64,000 nucleotides of DNA. Source: Histomonas meleagridis 2922-C6/04-290x (taxonomy: Eukaryota; Protista; Parabasalia). Of the stretch, positions 20,945 through 33,433 are shown one piece after another. The first letter of the stretch is position 1, and each line of letters begins with the position of its first letter. Location of the stretch: assembly GCA_020184695.1 (NCBI GenBank), contig JAANOX010000006.1:42700-106699 (forward strand), given 5' to 3'. The notes beneath the pieces were generated by a model that was not told the origin of the DNA, made no database searches, and was given only the letters and a program-made list of their open reading frames with translations. The translations under genes and the position numbers were made by a program.

Positions 20945-22514
20945 TTCAAACAAATTGACGTTTTTTTGTATTGCTTCTATATCGTCTGTTTCAGCAGTTG
21001 CTTACATAAAACCCAATTCCAAATTTTCATTCCTTCTCATTATTTCACATGACATTTTTCTTGATTTTGGCTCGCCACAACTCAAAGCCATCAACAACTC
21101 ATTATTTCTTTTTAACAAATCCACATACAACAAAAAGCACAAAAAAAATCCTTTTGACAAACAATTCAAATTAATGATTAATATTAATTATTAATCAAAA
21201 AACAAAATGTACTTTCATTAGAATTACTAATTTCGGCAGTTTTCATCAACAATTTCATACATTCTACAGAAGTGTTTTCTATAAAGAATGTACAAATTTG
21301 GTCATTTATAGCCTTTAATCCATTAACGTCGAGTTTTTTCTTGAAAAAAGGTTACAAAATACTTTAGTAACATCCGAATTCACGAATTTAATAGTAAACA
21401 ATTGGTTAATAATTTCAGGATTCGTATTAGAATAATATCTAATTGTAACCAAAGATTTATAAAACGAAGGAATATTAACATTATACAAGAATGAAAATGC
21501 AAAATTCTAGAAGAAGAAAGAAGGAAGTTTCAAACTATTATTCGACTTAAACAATGCGATTATGAGTTCAATCATTTTTTCGGATATTTTAAAATCAAAT
21601 GAAAACAATGCCATTCTTTTACATAATGAAACACAACAATGTTGCATAATTTCATTATGAAAATTATTCGAAATTAATGTCGTTAAACTTTGGATTAATG
21701 CCGAAAGTTGTGAAGGTAATTCCGAATCACAAAGTTGAAGAAATTCTTCGGATTTTATTATTCCGAAAATGTTTTTATTTAAATATGTTAATAAAGGTAA
21801 AAACAATGAAATAAATTTGGTGTTAACTATAAAGTTTTGTATAAATATTAAAAATTGTTGATTTTGCAATATGTTTGAAATAATTGATGAAATTATATAC
21901 GAAATTTCTTGATACATTGAATCATAAGTAGTATCAATGATCATATCAAAAGATACTGATAATAATCCAACGACTGATTGAAGTTCAAAATAATTATGTT
22001 GTTTCTTAAGTTTATCGATTAGAATTAGAATAAAACGCTTTTTATTGTTATTTAAAATGATATAATATAATATGATAAATGAATTGCAATTAATTCATGG
22101 AAAAAAAATTGGATCAAAATTACTTTCTGAATTAAATTAATTATTTCTTTTAAATATTTTAGATTGAAATGTTTGTTGTTTGCTTAAATGTTTAAGGAAA
22201 TAATTCGGAGAATATTTAATTATTCGTTTTATTGTTTTGTTTTGATAATTTTCAGTTATTAATTCATTGGAAATTTCTTTTCCGATTTGTTTCTCTATAA
22301 ATATTTTGATTTCTGTATAATTATACATACAACCGAAAAATGTTATACTGATATTGTTAAAAAATTCCTTAAAGTACGCATAAGTTATTGTTTGGAACAA
22401 AATCAGATTAAACCTTTTTCTCCCTTTGGCGAGAATGTGAATTTTTTTTTTTTTTTGTTTTTTTACTGCTTTAACAAGTTCACCAAAGGGGATGCATCCC
22501 ACTTTAACATTCAT
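20945..22514 (-). pseudogene. Fragmented helical-repeat gene remnant
   Basis: Several co-oriented ORF pieces (22514-22137, 21944-21507, about 21190-20945) with protein-like composition, separated by stops and frameshifts. The family was not recognised. Confidence 0.35.
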
Positions 22515-23025
22515 GAATGTTACCTAATACAGAAGTTTCTCTCAATGGTGAATCTAATTTTTATCTTATATTTAAATTGAATGCCATTATATATTAATCC
22601 AGAGATTTTGTAGAGCAGTATTTCAACTTTCACATCAGCTAGTATATCGTTTTCAACTGCTTCAGCAAGTTCATAAAGGGCATTTTTTTAAATTATATAC
22701 TTAACAACACCATCTTCTACAAGGTTCACTAATTTATTTAGAAGGTTTGGATGAGGATTTCATTTGTCAAGTAGTCTCATATTATTTTACGTCTAAGACA
22801 TGAAATCACATTTTCCTCATTTATTGAAAATAATTCATTTAAATATTAATCTTTTATTGATAAATTCCCCATAGATGAATGTAGCTGATCGGTAGATGAA
22901 AACTAGATTATAAACCAATCCCGAGAGCAATTCAGAAGTCGTTTTTATCGTTTTTTTACAGCACTTTTTGTTTTTTGGTGCGATTCTGTGAGGTGTATTA
23001 AATTTGGTGTACTACAATTTAGGTT

Positions 23026-24057
23026 ATGGCAATCTCAAAGATGATCCATTCTGTTGCAGTTGGTGATGAATCAGTTGGTAAGACATCCCTCTTAATTGCC
23101 CTAAATAAAAAACCATTTAAAGAATTTAATCCTCCAATAACTTTCGAAATTTATGAAGATATATTTTGTAAACAAGAAAAGTATATACTTAGGATTATGG
23201 ATACAAGTGATAGAGTCGACTCTAAACTTCGTCAATTAACTTATTCACCCGCACGCAAAAATGATGTTTTACTTCTTTGTTTTTCTCTTAATTCTAAAAA
23301 ATCATTTGAAGGTATCACTCAAAGGTGGACCAAAGATGTTAAAAACTACTATAAGCACTCAAAGATCATTCTTATTGGAACAAAATCAGATTTAAGAGAA
23401 CCTGGAAATCCTGATCATGTTTCTGATGAAGAAGCCAAACAACTGGTTTTTAATCAAAAATTTTATTGTTACATCCCATGTTCTTCAAAAACAGGAGAAA
23501 ACATTGATTCAATTTTTCCTTCTATTATTAAATGCTTTAACAATAATTCGCATCATAAGAAACGGTCCTGTGGACTCAATTTTTTTCGTTTTTTTTACAT
23601 ACCCGTTTTGTATTTTATTTTCTGCATTCCTCAATATATCCACTCATTATTTATTCTTTCAAATGATGGGATAAAAACATATTTTAATGATAATATTTTA
23701 TTCACCCTTTCCACTTATATAAAATATGTATCAATATCTGTGATTATATTTAATCTATTTGTGATTTTTATTCCAATCGATTTCAATATAAAATTGAGTA
23801 TTTTTATTGTAGGAGCTTGTTTTTATGTTTTACTTGCAATTGCTCAAATTGGAGTAGGTTCTTCGCTTATTTTAATTTCAATAAAATCTAATGTTTGTGA
23901 ATCTAATGATTTTGATGTATGTGAAAATTTAAAGAAGAAATTCTTATTCCTTGGAATTAACTTATTGGTAACCTCAGTAATCTATATTTATTTAACATGG
24001 CCGTTATGGTACAGTGTTATTATTTCTGTGTTGGGAAAAATATTCTCTTTCTTCTAA
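23026..24057 (+). CDS. Divergent Rho/Rac-like small GTPase fused to ~4 C-terminal TM helices
   Basis: G1 GDESVGKTS, G3 DTSD, VLLLCFS, G4 TKSDLRE and G5 CSSKTGENI, followed by KKRSC and four hydrophobic segments. Confidence 0.8.
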   Translation: MAISKMIHSVAVGDESVGKTSLLIALNKKPFKEFNPPITFEIYEDIFCKQEKYILRIMDTSDRVDSKLRQLTYSPARKNDVLLLCFSLNSKKSFEGITQRWTKDVKNYYKHSKIILIGTKSDLREPGNPDHVSDEEAKQLVFNQKFYCYIPCSSKTGENIDSIFPSIIKCFNNNSHHKKRSCGLNFFRFFYIPVLYFIFCIPQYIHSLFILSNDGIKTYFNDNILFTLSTYIKYVSISVIIFNLFVIFIPIDFNIKLSIFIVGACFYVLLAIAQIGVGSSLILISIKSNVCESNDFDVCENLKKKFLFLGINLLVTSVIYIYLTWPLWYSVIISVLGKIFSFF

Positions 24058-24547
24058 AGAATAAACCAAGAATTTATGAAGAGAATTTAATATTAATTAT
24101 TAATAAAATGCAAGTAAAATCTTTTTAATTTTTTTAATAATTTATAATTAATTTAAAAAATTATATATGTGTATATAAGTTTAAAGGAAATTATGTCCAC
24201 ATGGATATTATTTCCCTATGGTAACATTTATTAGATTCAACACTTTATTTTGCTTCTTTCTATTTCAAATGAACTTTTAAAGATATATTTTCGAATTTTT
24301 CTTTAAAACAAAAATAGATAATTTCATTCTCTTATAAACTTTTTTAAAAATTTTATGTATAATTCCCAATTTTTCCAAAAATATAATATAAAATAAAAAT
24401 ATATTATAGAACAATTACACACAATTTAAAAATAATAATAATATTTTTTGTAAAAAGTTATATTATAATTATCAAATGCAGATGTTTAACTAAATAAATC
24501 TTCAAATTTTATGATTTATTCTAATAAATATATACACAAAAAAGTTT

Positions 24548-26113
24548 GCGAACACCCCATCAGGCGGCAGTGAAGTACCAATGTTTCAACGTACTGATCC
24601 ATATGTTTATACTGCAATTAGTGATTCAAACAGTTCATACGGATCTTTCACTGCTACATCTGCAGCAACATCAATCGCAGCAGGCGTAGGAGCATTAGTC
24701 CTTGAAGCTAACCCACATTTAACATGGTGAGATGTTCAATATATTCTTGCATTAACTGCAACAATTAATGATCCTAAACATCCAATGTGGATCAAAAATG
24801 CTGCAGGTTATAATTATCATACGATAGCATGATTTGGTGTTACACGATTAGCAGCATCACATTTACATTTTATATTAACATCTCCACAAGGCACTGAATT
24901 CATATTAAAATATCCTGCATCATTACTTACAGTATATACTGATTCATTTCTGTCATCAGAACATTTACAATTTGGTTGTCTTGCGTTCTTTGGTGAAAAT
25001 CCAACAGGAAAATGGAAACTTAAATATAAAATGGAATCATATTATCCAAATGAGAAATTATTACATCCATCGATAGAAGTTTGGGGTACGGCATCTAAAC
25101 CAACATTACCAACAATTACACGTCGAAATGCAGCAGAAGATACAATGATTCATTATTCCGAAACTCCAACAAGTGAAGGTGAATCTGTAAAAGTCGAAAA
25201 CCCAATATGTGGTGAAACAATGACTGTAACATTAACACTTGATAATTCACGTGGTGCAATTAATGCATCAAATCCTGTTCCATTCGTATTATGGGATGGA
25301 AGCAAAACATTTAATATAGCGACAATGACATCAAATCCATATCGAATGTTAGCGCCATGTGCATTTGCTGATAATTCAAGTTATACATTAATTGCACATC
25401 TTCATAATCCCACTTCAGGTATTATTGATTATTTACAAACTAAAGTTACATTCCAAAATAAATTTGAACCAAATCAACTTATCAAACCAAAGCCTTATGA
25501 TGTCATTAATCTAAATGATGGATTACAAGTACAATGGACTCGTAATGATACACAACTAAAATATGGTTTATACAATGAGAAATTTGTAATGGATGTAATT
25601 GATAATGATAATATGGAAACGATTGCATCACAAGAAATGTTGACTGGACCCGACATTGGCGCTGCGACTATTACACTTGATAGAGAATGTGTAAGATGCG
25701 TTCTGACTGTTACACCTGTATTGGAATCGCGAACAGATCCATGCTCATCATTCATTACACCATTCAGTGCATTAACAACATCGAAAGCACCTGAAAAATT
25801 CGCACTCAACTTAAAGACGGATAGATGTAAAATACAGGACGGAATTATCGTGGGAAGTAATGAAGCCGGGGATCATTGCTGTGATTGTGATTGTGGTCAT
25901 TATTGTTGTAATACTGATTGTTGGAATAATCTTTTACATGAAGAAAAAGAAAGTTTCATATGAAAGATCAACAACAAACCAAGAGCTAAACATGTAAATT
26001 ATGGATGGCCAGGATTAACTTATCGATATGAGGCTTCAGGTGAAATCAATAAAAGCCGCATTTTAAATATAATGGTAAAGCAAAACGATTTTTTCGAGTT
26101 TTGGATTAAATGA
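24548..26113 (+). pseudogene. 5'-truncated kexin/furin-like subtilase (S8 C-terminal part + P domain) pseudogene
   Basis: One continuous frame: ATSAATSIAAGVGALVLEANPHLTW*DVQYILALTA, KNAAGYNYH..*FG, LTSPQGT, FFGENPTGKWKL. There are in-frame TGA stops at 24728, 24830 and 25961. The catalytic Asp/His region is absent. Confidence 0.8.
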
Positions 26114-26710
26114 CAAGACGTTAATCAAAAAGACCTAATTATTTGTGGAGTTTTGAATATTTGAAAAAGGTGTGAGTATCATGTTCAATTTTAAATAGAA
26201 TATATAGAAGTCAACACCATAATATATAAACTGGTATGAATTTTTATTGAAATTTAGTTGTGTGAAATTCTCATATGATATATTTTGTTTTACGTATATA
26301 TGAATCTGAATAGAATTAAAATAAAGTTGAGCGATAAGCTTAATTAACCCAATGGAATTTATGGATAAAAACATCTATTATTCAAATAAATACATTGATA
26401 AAACATTTAAAATAAATAGAGCATTTAAAACAAAAAACCCAGCGCCTTTGCGTTACACATCGTATTTCTAAATAGACTTTGGAAAACCTATAATTATTTA
26501 TGAGTGATTTGAATTTTATAAACTTGTATTATGAATTTCTCAAATATCCATCACGTGGCTTCGGTATGTATATTTCTTAATCTATATTGGGATTACACAT
26601 GAAATTTGTTGAAGAATAAAGGAGTGATTTTATAATATAAATTTTGCCTCGCGGTGTATCGTGTAATGTTCAGAACCGAAGCGGTTATCTGACAATTTAT
26701 TGCAATTTCA

Positions 26711-29700
26711 ATGCGACAAGCGGGGTTCAAAGAAGGCGAAGTCGACATTATAGGCTTTGCAGAATTTGAACAACCAATTACATACAGATCATGGAAGCAA
26801 TCTCGCTTAAGGTTCATACCAGTTTTAGGACAATTTTTAATTCAACTTTCTGAATCAGAGATTAATTCTATTTTTGAAAATTGGTTTCAACAGATACAAA
26901 AGTCAATTGGAGTTGAACAGTTAAAAATTATAATGAGTGCAATAATGGGATTTTCGCTTCTACATTATTTTTTAAAAGACATGACGCAATTAAAAAACTC
27001 CATAGGATTAATTTATAATCTCCTTCGTTCAAAAAATAGACTTGTAGCTCAATCATCAGCACAAGTACTTCATTGGCTTGCACATGAATCAGCAGATGCA
27101 ATTAATCTTTTCAAAGAACCACTAAATTTAGCATTTCAATGGATCCATGATAAAAAAGTTAAATATTATTATAATTCACTTGTTGTTATTAAAAAAGCCA
27201 AACATTTTCCTGGATTAGAAATTGCTCATTACATTGTTTTAAATCATGACGAAATCATGGAATTAGCTTTTTCCTCAGATAGAGAAATCATGAATCTTGC
27301 TATTAGTATCATATCATTTGAATTACAACAACTTCCAAATTCTGATTCACATCCTATTACATCACAAATTTTATCTGAATCAGTCACATCAATAAATCAA
27401 GAGACACCAAATAAAATTGAAGGTTCTATTTCTATTCTTAGATTTTTTCTAACTTTTAATCACCAAATTTTAATTTCACATTTTTCAAATTTAACGGCGA
27501 AACTTTCAGAAATTTCATTTTCGACTTCAGAACAGATCTCATTATCAGCACAAATCTTAATGATTGATATTGCCGAAATTGACTTAACAAAAATTAGTTA
27601 TCATTCAATAAATAAATTATTTCAAAGTCTTAATCTGAAATGTAATAAAAGTAATTCACCTGAACAATTTTTTAATGAGTTAAAACGTGCGATTAAAACA
27701 TTTGGAAAACAGACACCATTAAAGTTTATAATGGAAAACATGCAAAAGATCATTCAACAAAAAGATAAAAAATTAGTTGAATTTGCTTTTGATATTTTAT
27801 ATACAATTTTTGAGATATTTCCTGGAACTTCAATTCCAAATAATTTGTATTTAAACACACCAATTAATATAAATTATATTAAATGTTTGAAAAAACAAAA
27901 TTGTCATACACCAGAAATTATACAATATTTACGAAATGTATTATTTCATGGCTTAAATAAAAATGCAAATGCATTATCAATTTCAATTTCATTACAATTA
28001 TCAAAAGAATTTCCATTAGAATTATTCGGAAGTTATGAAAATATGCATAAAGCATTAATTCCTCTTATAGAACAATCACAAGAAATGATTCGATGTGAAT
28101 TAATGGAAGCAATTGCAGTGGAACCGACGTTTGAAGCAAAGCAATTTCTAATTAATTCCGGAATTTATGATCCACAAAAATCAGTTCGTTTAACAGCTTT
28201 ATCATTATTAGAACCTTCCAAAGATATTTCATTAAGTTCGGAACTTTTAAATGCAATTAGAGATCCAAATTTTAAAGTTCGAAGAATTGCATTAAAACAA
28301 ATTGGCGAAATAATTAAATTTAATCCATTTGAATTTTCTTATTCAATTATTGATTATGTATCAAATGTTATTTCATCGATAAGAAATTTAACGGATATAA
28401 AAATTGTATCAAAATATTCTTCATTATTACCAATTATTGTTGAATATTTTTGTGATTATATTGAACATTTAATACCAAATATAATTGATACTTGTTTAAC
28501 TTTATTATGTGGACAAATTATAAGTGAGAATTCATCAAATCAAATTATTAATACTGATAAATATCAAGATCAAAATTCTTTTTTATTTAACATCAAAGAA
28601 AAAGAAAAAACAGAACCTAAAAGATTACAAATATTTAGAACACTTATAGAAAAATATTTAAAGAAACAAGATATTTGTTTAATTAAAACAATTGCTACAT
28701 TAGGTAATCGTATTTCTCCATTTTTAAATCGTGCATTAGATGCATTTGTACATATATTTTCAACAAGAAAATCTAAAAAAGTATTAACAATTGCAATTGA
28801 AAGTCTTTCACTTTTATCAACAAAAATTGATACCGGATTAAATTTAAGACTTTATAATCAACAATTATTACCAACATTATTAAATTTGCTTGTAAATAAT
28901 AAAAATACTTCTGTGTCAATAGCTATAGTTAAATTATTTGGTACTTCTGTCGATTTAATGAGTAAACCTGAAGATTCACAACAAAATCAATTCGATTGGG
29001 ATGTAAATTCCAAATCTTTTTATACTGATTTCACAATGTCACATTTAATTCCATATTTTTCGAATCCAACAATGCATTTATTTGAAGCTATAACACGAAT
29101 TTATGATTTAGAATCTAAAGACGCAGCGAAATTTGTTGATTTAGTAATTCCAATGTTTATTAAAGGAATTGATACTTTTTCGAATAAATATCGCGATTCA
29201 TTATTTTTAGATTTAGAAGTTATTACACGAGAATGTCAAATTGAATCATGTCAATTCTTAAATGAAATAACTAAAACGCAATTAAAATATTTAAATTATT
29301 TCGGTGCAATTAAATTAGCTGCTTCTTTATCTTATCATTTATTAAGTAGTTATAAAGAAGGCGCTTCTGTTTTGTTTATTCCTGCAACACAAAATTTATT
29401 TAATCCAAATCATAATTATATTAAATATTTGTTAAGTTTTTTGACGTTTTCAATCCTTTATCAAGATCAATCTATTGAATCATTTTTAACTTCAATCGAA
29501 TTTAGGATTCAATCAAATGCTACATTCCAAATATATAAATATTTAATTAATTCATTAATTTGTTTAATCCAAAATAAAGATTTATCTTCTTATCAAACAA
29601 GACTTTTATTTATTTGCTATAAGTTAATGCAAAATGAACAAGCGAAGCCACATATAATTCGATTACTACCATCACTTATTAAATATACACAAATTCCAAT

Positions 29701-32700
29701 AAAAATTTTTGAAAATTGGGAAAGTAAATTTAATATTTCATTACCTTTTTTATCACAAGATCCAATTATAACTCATCAATTCATACCAAAAATTAAATTA
29801 TATCATTTAATAATGCCATCAAACACAATTTCTACAAATGTTTTTTCTGATTTATTAATTCCTGATGAATTAACACTTGGTAAATGGCTTGATAACTTAT
29901 GTCAAAAAGTTATTAATTTTTCACCTTCAATGGTTATCCGTTCATGTTCAAGTTTTGCTACAACAATTACAGCATTTCGTCAACAAATGTTTCCAATAGC
30001 ATTTTTAAGTTGTTGGCAAAAGGCAACTTTAGAAGAACGTTCATATTTTTCAAATATTGTACAAAACATTATACATGATTTTAAACAAGTTGATTCATTT
30101 TTCATTTCAATTATTGAACTTTTAGATCGTGCATTAATGCCTTTATTAATCGATGATATCGAGTTAGCTAAAGCTTGTGGATCAGGACCATTAACATTAT
30201 ATTTCTTACAAAGAGTTTTTATGAATAATCCAAAGGATCCACAAATCATTGAAAAATTACTTGATTTAAATACTACAATGGGAAGACAAGAAGCTTCTCA
30301 TGGAATGTTAGTACATGCTAAAGGTATATTAGAAGATTCTAAAACAGCTCTTTGGTGTGAATTATTAGGAGAATGGGATAAAGCACTTCAACTTTATGGT
30401 AATAATAACAAAAACATCTCAAGTAAAATTAGATGTTATTCACATTTAGAAATGTGGGATAAAATACTTGAATTAGAAAATGAATTTGATAAATGGCCGA
30501 AACAACTTAGAGAAGAAAACGCTAAAAATATTGCATGGGCTAATTATCATTTAGGAAATTATTCAAAAATCCCGAAATATGTTGCACAATTTAATTCCGA
30601 ACAACATTTAAGTGAAATATTCTTTTGTGCATTTTTTTCACTTAAAATTGGTAAATATGATGAATGCCAAAAAATATTAACAAAAGGTTTTAATTTAATT
30701 GCAAATTATAATACTGATATTTTTGCATATGGTGATACAATTAGATTAAATAAGAATTTACATTATTCACATGCGTTTATAGAGTTACAAGAATCTTTAG
30801 ATATATTAAAACAAGATAAAGTTAGCTCACAAAACTTATTAACTAAATTATGGAATAAACGTTTAAAAGGTTTCCAAAGAGATAGTCAAGAATGGATCAA
30901 TTTAATTGCTATTAGATCACTTGTATTTACACCTGGTGAAAATATTGATATATATCTTAAAATGATTTCTGTATTAAGGAAAGAAAGAAGATGGAATTTA
31001 ATTGATACTTATTTCGATCGACTTTTTTCACAAACAATTTTACCAAATGTGGAACTTGTACAAAGTAAAATACTTTGGGATACAGGTAAAAAAGATGAAG
31101 CAATTCAAACACTTCAATTGATAATAGAATTAATTAATTTACGTAAATCTCCTGAAAGTGATTTTCATCAAAATTTAATGAAAGTTAATAAGAATTCATT
31201 TTATTTATTAATTACTACACTTTTAAAACAAGATTCATTTGATAAACAAATTATATTTAATAAACTTCAAACAGAAAATGTTTTAGAGAAATTACAATTA
31301 ATGTCTAAAGATGAACATAAAACATTTTTACTTCAAATTGATGAAGAAACTTCAATCAAAAAATATTTTGATCAATTTTATAAGATTCCTGATTCATATC
31401 TTGAATCAAAAATATATTTAACACTTGGTAAATATCGTTATATATATGATAAACATACATCGGATAACTTGAAAGAAATTGCACAAATTTATGAAATCGG
31501 AAAAGTTTATAATTGTAATGAATATCGGAATTGGTTAGGTTGGGCATATGCAAATTCAAGTTTAATTAATGTTATACCTGAACAAAGTGATATTTATTCG
31601 ATTAATGCAGTTAATGGGTTTCTTAAAGCTACACAATTACATACATCTAATACACTCGAATATTTATGCCAATTATTTTCGATATTTTTTAGAATGAAAG
31701 ACAGCTGTAATATTAATTCTACTTTAATTTCTGATTTAATTAAATTACCACCAAATATAATATGTCAAATTATTCCACAAATTACAGTACAAATTGCACA
31801 TCCTGATCTATATATTCGTCAAGTAGTACATAAAATAATTTATAATTTTGGAAAAGAACATTTTCAAGCTTTATTTTATCCTTTACGATTATATAAATCT
31901 TGTGATGATCAACAAAAAGTATCAATTGCTAAAGATTTATTATTATATATGGGTAAGAAACATTCAGAAGTATCAAATGATGCCGAATTATTTGTTGAAG
32001 GAATGTTACGTTCAGCAATTTCTTGGTTTGAAGAATGGATATTTACTATTGATTGTGCTTCACGTTATTATAAGAACAAAGATTATAACAAAATGAATGA
32101 AATATTAACAAAACAATTTAAACGTTATGAATCACCTAAATGTGATTTCGATCGTTTGTTCATACGTTTATATGATCCAATTATTCAACAATGTCAAGGC
32201 AATTTTCGTATACATAAAAAACATTCAATTGCTAAAATGTGGGAAAACTTCAAACATTTATTTAGTATGCTTATAGATAGAGTTAAAAAATTGGAATTAA
32301 TATTATTACCGAAAGTCTCCGAACAACTTGCATTAAAACGTGATTTTAAAATTGCGATACCTGGTACATATTCCGTAGAACATCCTGTTCCTACATTATA
32401 TTCTATTGAGCCTGCTCTACAAGTACTAAGTACACAACAACATCCACGTTGTGTATTTATGAACTCTTCAACACATGAAAAAGTTAAGTTCTTATTAAAA
32501 GGTAATGAAGATATTCGATTAGATGAACGTGTAATGCAATTTTTTAATTTGATAAATACATTACTTAATCATAATCGTACCACACGTGAAATGAATATGC
32601 AAATTACGAAATACGCTATAATTCCTTTGGCACCTAATGCAGGTTTAATTACTTGGGTAACAGGCGCTGATACTTTACATCAAATGATTAATGAACATAG

Positions 32701-33433
32701 AGCACTTCATCAACGTTCTCAATCAATAGAACTCGAAATTGTCATGAATATTGTCGGTAGAGTTGGTTCTCAACTTTCAGAGATACAAAAACTTGAAACA
32801 TTTGAATGCGTTTCTCAACAATGTAACGCAAATGAAATTCGCGAAATTTTATGGTTACGTTCACCGAACGCTAATGTTTGGATGACGAAAAACATTAATT
32901 TTACAGTAACAACAGCTTTGATATCAATTGTTGGTTATGTTATAGGTTTAGGCGATAGACATCCATCAAATATAATGGTGCAAAGGGAAACAGGTAAAGT
33001 TATACATATCGATTTCGGAGATTCTTTTGAAGCTGCAATACTAAGAAATGTTTTCCCTGAGAAAGTTCCATTTAGATTAACAAGAATGATCGTAAATGCT
33101 TTGGATAATGGTTCGGTTGAAGGCATTTTTAGGAAAACTTGCGAAGATGTAATGTGGATATTAAGGGAAAGTAAGGAGTCGATTGTCGCTTTATTGGAAA
33201 TCTTCGTTCATGAGCCAATAGAAGCTGTGGAAAGACTTGGTAAAGTTAAAATGCAAACTGCAATAATCGATAGAGTGGGAGAGAAACTAAAAGGTAACGA
33301 TTGGATGCTTCCGGGTTATGATGAAAACCAAAAAGATCTTGGAGTGGAAGAACATGTGGAGAAATTGATAGAGCAAGCAAGTGATCCATATAGATATGGG
33401 TCACATTATGCTGGCTGGTGCCCATATTGGTAA
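26711..33433 (+). CDS. TOR: TOR kinase (PIKK): HEAT-FAT-FRB-kinase-FATC
   Basis: 2240 aa with FLLKGNEDIRLDERVMQFF, GLGDRHPSNIM, HIDFGDSFE, PEKVPFRLTRM and a terminal YAGWCPYW FATC. The FRB region reads W.E.W...ASR.Y. Confidence 0.96.
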   Translation: MRQAGFKEGEVDIIGFAEFEQPITYRSWKQSRLRFIPVLGQFLIQLSESEINSIFENWFQQIQKSIGVEQLKIIMSAIMGFSLLHYFLKDMTQLKNSIGLIYNLLRSKNRLVAQSSAQVLHWLAHESADAINLFKEPLNLAFQWIHDKKVKYYYNSLVVIKKAKHFPGLEIAHYIVLNHDEIMELAFSSDREIMNLAISIISFELQQLPNSDSHPITSQILSESVTSINQETPNKIEGSISILRFFLTFNHQILISHFSNLTAKLSEISFSTSEQISLSAQILMIDIAEIDLTKISYHSINKLFQSLNLKCNKSNSPEQFFNELKRAIKTFGKQTPLKFIMENMQKIIQQKDKKLVEFAFDILYTIFEIFPGTSIPNNLYLNTPININYIKCLKKQNCHTPEIIQYLRNVLFHGLNKNANALSISISLQLSKEFPLELFGSYENMHKALIPLIEQSQEMIRCELMEAIAVEPTFEAKQFLINSGIYDPQKSVRLTALSLLEPSKDISLSSELLNAIRDPNFKVRRIALKQIGEIIKFNPFEFSYSIIDYVSNVISSIRNLTDIKIVSKYSSLLPIIVEYFCDYIEHLIPNIIDTCLTLLCGQIISENSSNQIINTDKYQDQNSFLFNIKEKEKTEPKRLQIFRTLIEKYLKKQDICLIKTIATLGNRISPFLNRALDAFVHIFSTRKSKKVLTIAIESLSLLSTKIDTGLNLRLYNQQLLPTLLNLLVNNKNTSVSIAIVKLFGTSVDLMSKPEDSQQNQFDWDVNSKSFYTDFTMSHLIPYFSNPTMHLFEAITRIYDLESKDAAKFVDLVIPMFIKGIDTFSNKYRDSLFLDLEVITRECQIESCQFLNEITKTQLKYLNYFGAIKLAASLSYHLLSSYKEGASVLFIPATQNLFNPNHNYIKYLLSFLTFSILYQDQSIESFLTSIEFRIQSNATFQIYKYLINSLICLIQNKDLSSYQTRLLFICYKLMQNEQAKPHIIRLLPSLIKYTQIPIKIFENWESKFNISLPFLSQDPIITHQFIPKIKLYHLIMPSNTISTNVFSDLLIPDELTLGKWLDNLCQKVINFSPSMVIRSCSSFATTITAFRQQMFPIAFLSCWQKATLEERSYFSNIVQNIIHDFKQVDSFFISIIELLDRALMPLLIDDIELAKACGSGPLTLYFLQRVFMNNPKDPQIIEKLLDLNTTMGRQEASHGMLVHAKGILEDSKTALWCELLGEWDKALQLYGNNNKNISSKIRCYSHLEMWDKILELENEFDKWPKQLREENAKNIAWANYHLGNYSKIPKYVAQFNSEQHLSEIFFCAFFSLKIGKYDECQKILTKGFNLIANYNTDIFAYGDTIRLNKNLHYSHAFIELQESLDILKQDKVSSQNLLTKLWNKRLKGFQRDSQEWINLIAIRSLVFTPGENIDIYLKMISVLRKERRWNLIDTYFDRLFSQTILPNVELVQSKILWDTGKKDEAIQTLQLIIELINLRKSPESDFHQNLMKVNKNSFYLLITTLLKQDSFDKQIIFNKLQTENVLEKLQLMSKDEHKTFLLQIDEETSIKKYFDQFYKIPDSYLESKIYLTLGKYRYIYDKHTSDNLKEIAQIYEIGKVYNCNEYRNWLGWAYANSSLINVIPEQSDIYSINAVNGFLKATQLHTSNTLEYLCQLFSIFFRMKDSCNINSTLISDLIKLPPNIICQIIPQITVQIAHPDLYIRQVVHKIIYNFGKEHFQALFYPLRLYKSCDDQQKVSIAKDLLLYMGKKHSEVSNDAELFVEGMLRSAISWFEEWIFTIDCASRYYKNKDYNKMNEILTKQFKRYESPKCDFDRLFIRLYDPIIQQCQGNFRIHKKHSIAKMWENFKHLFSMLIDRVKKLELILLPKVSEQLALKRDFKIAIPGTYSVEHPVPTLYSIEPALQVLSTQQHPRCVFMNSSTHEKVKFLLKGNEDIRLDERVMQFFNLINTLLNHNRTTREMNMQITKYAIIPLAPNAGLITWVTGADTLHQMINEHRALHQRSQSIELEIVMNIVGRVGSQLSEIQKLETFECVSQQCNANEIREILWLRSPNANVWMTKNINFTVTTALISIVGYVIGLGDRHPSNIMVQRETGKVIHIDFGDSFEAAILRNVFPEKVPFRLTRMIVNALDNGSVEGIFRKTCEDVMWILRESKESIVALLEIFVHEPIEAVERLGKVKMQTAIIDRVGEKLKGNDWMLPGYDENQKDLGVEEHVEKLIEQASDPYRYGSHYAGWCPYW

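Noticed and set aside
22560-22800. Protein-kinase pseudogene (HPNL-like motif on the minus strand)
   Set aside because: There is only a vague resemblance, and no HRD, DFG or APE motif was found.
26500-26710. Upstream exon and 25-nt intron (GTATGT at 26564) extending TOR
   Set aside because: There is no CTAAC or AG at the expected distance, all three downstream frames contain stops, and TOR-like HEAT homology starts at a normal distance from the ATG at 26711.
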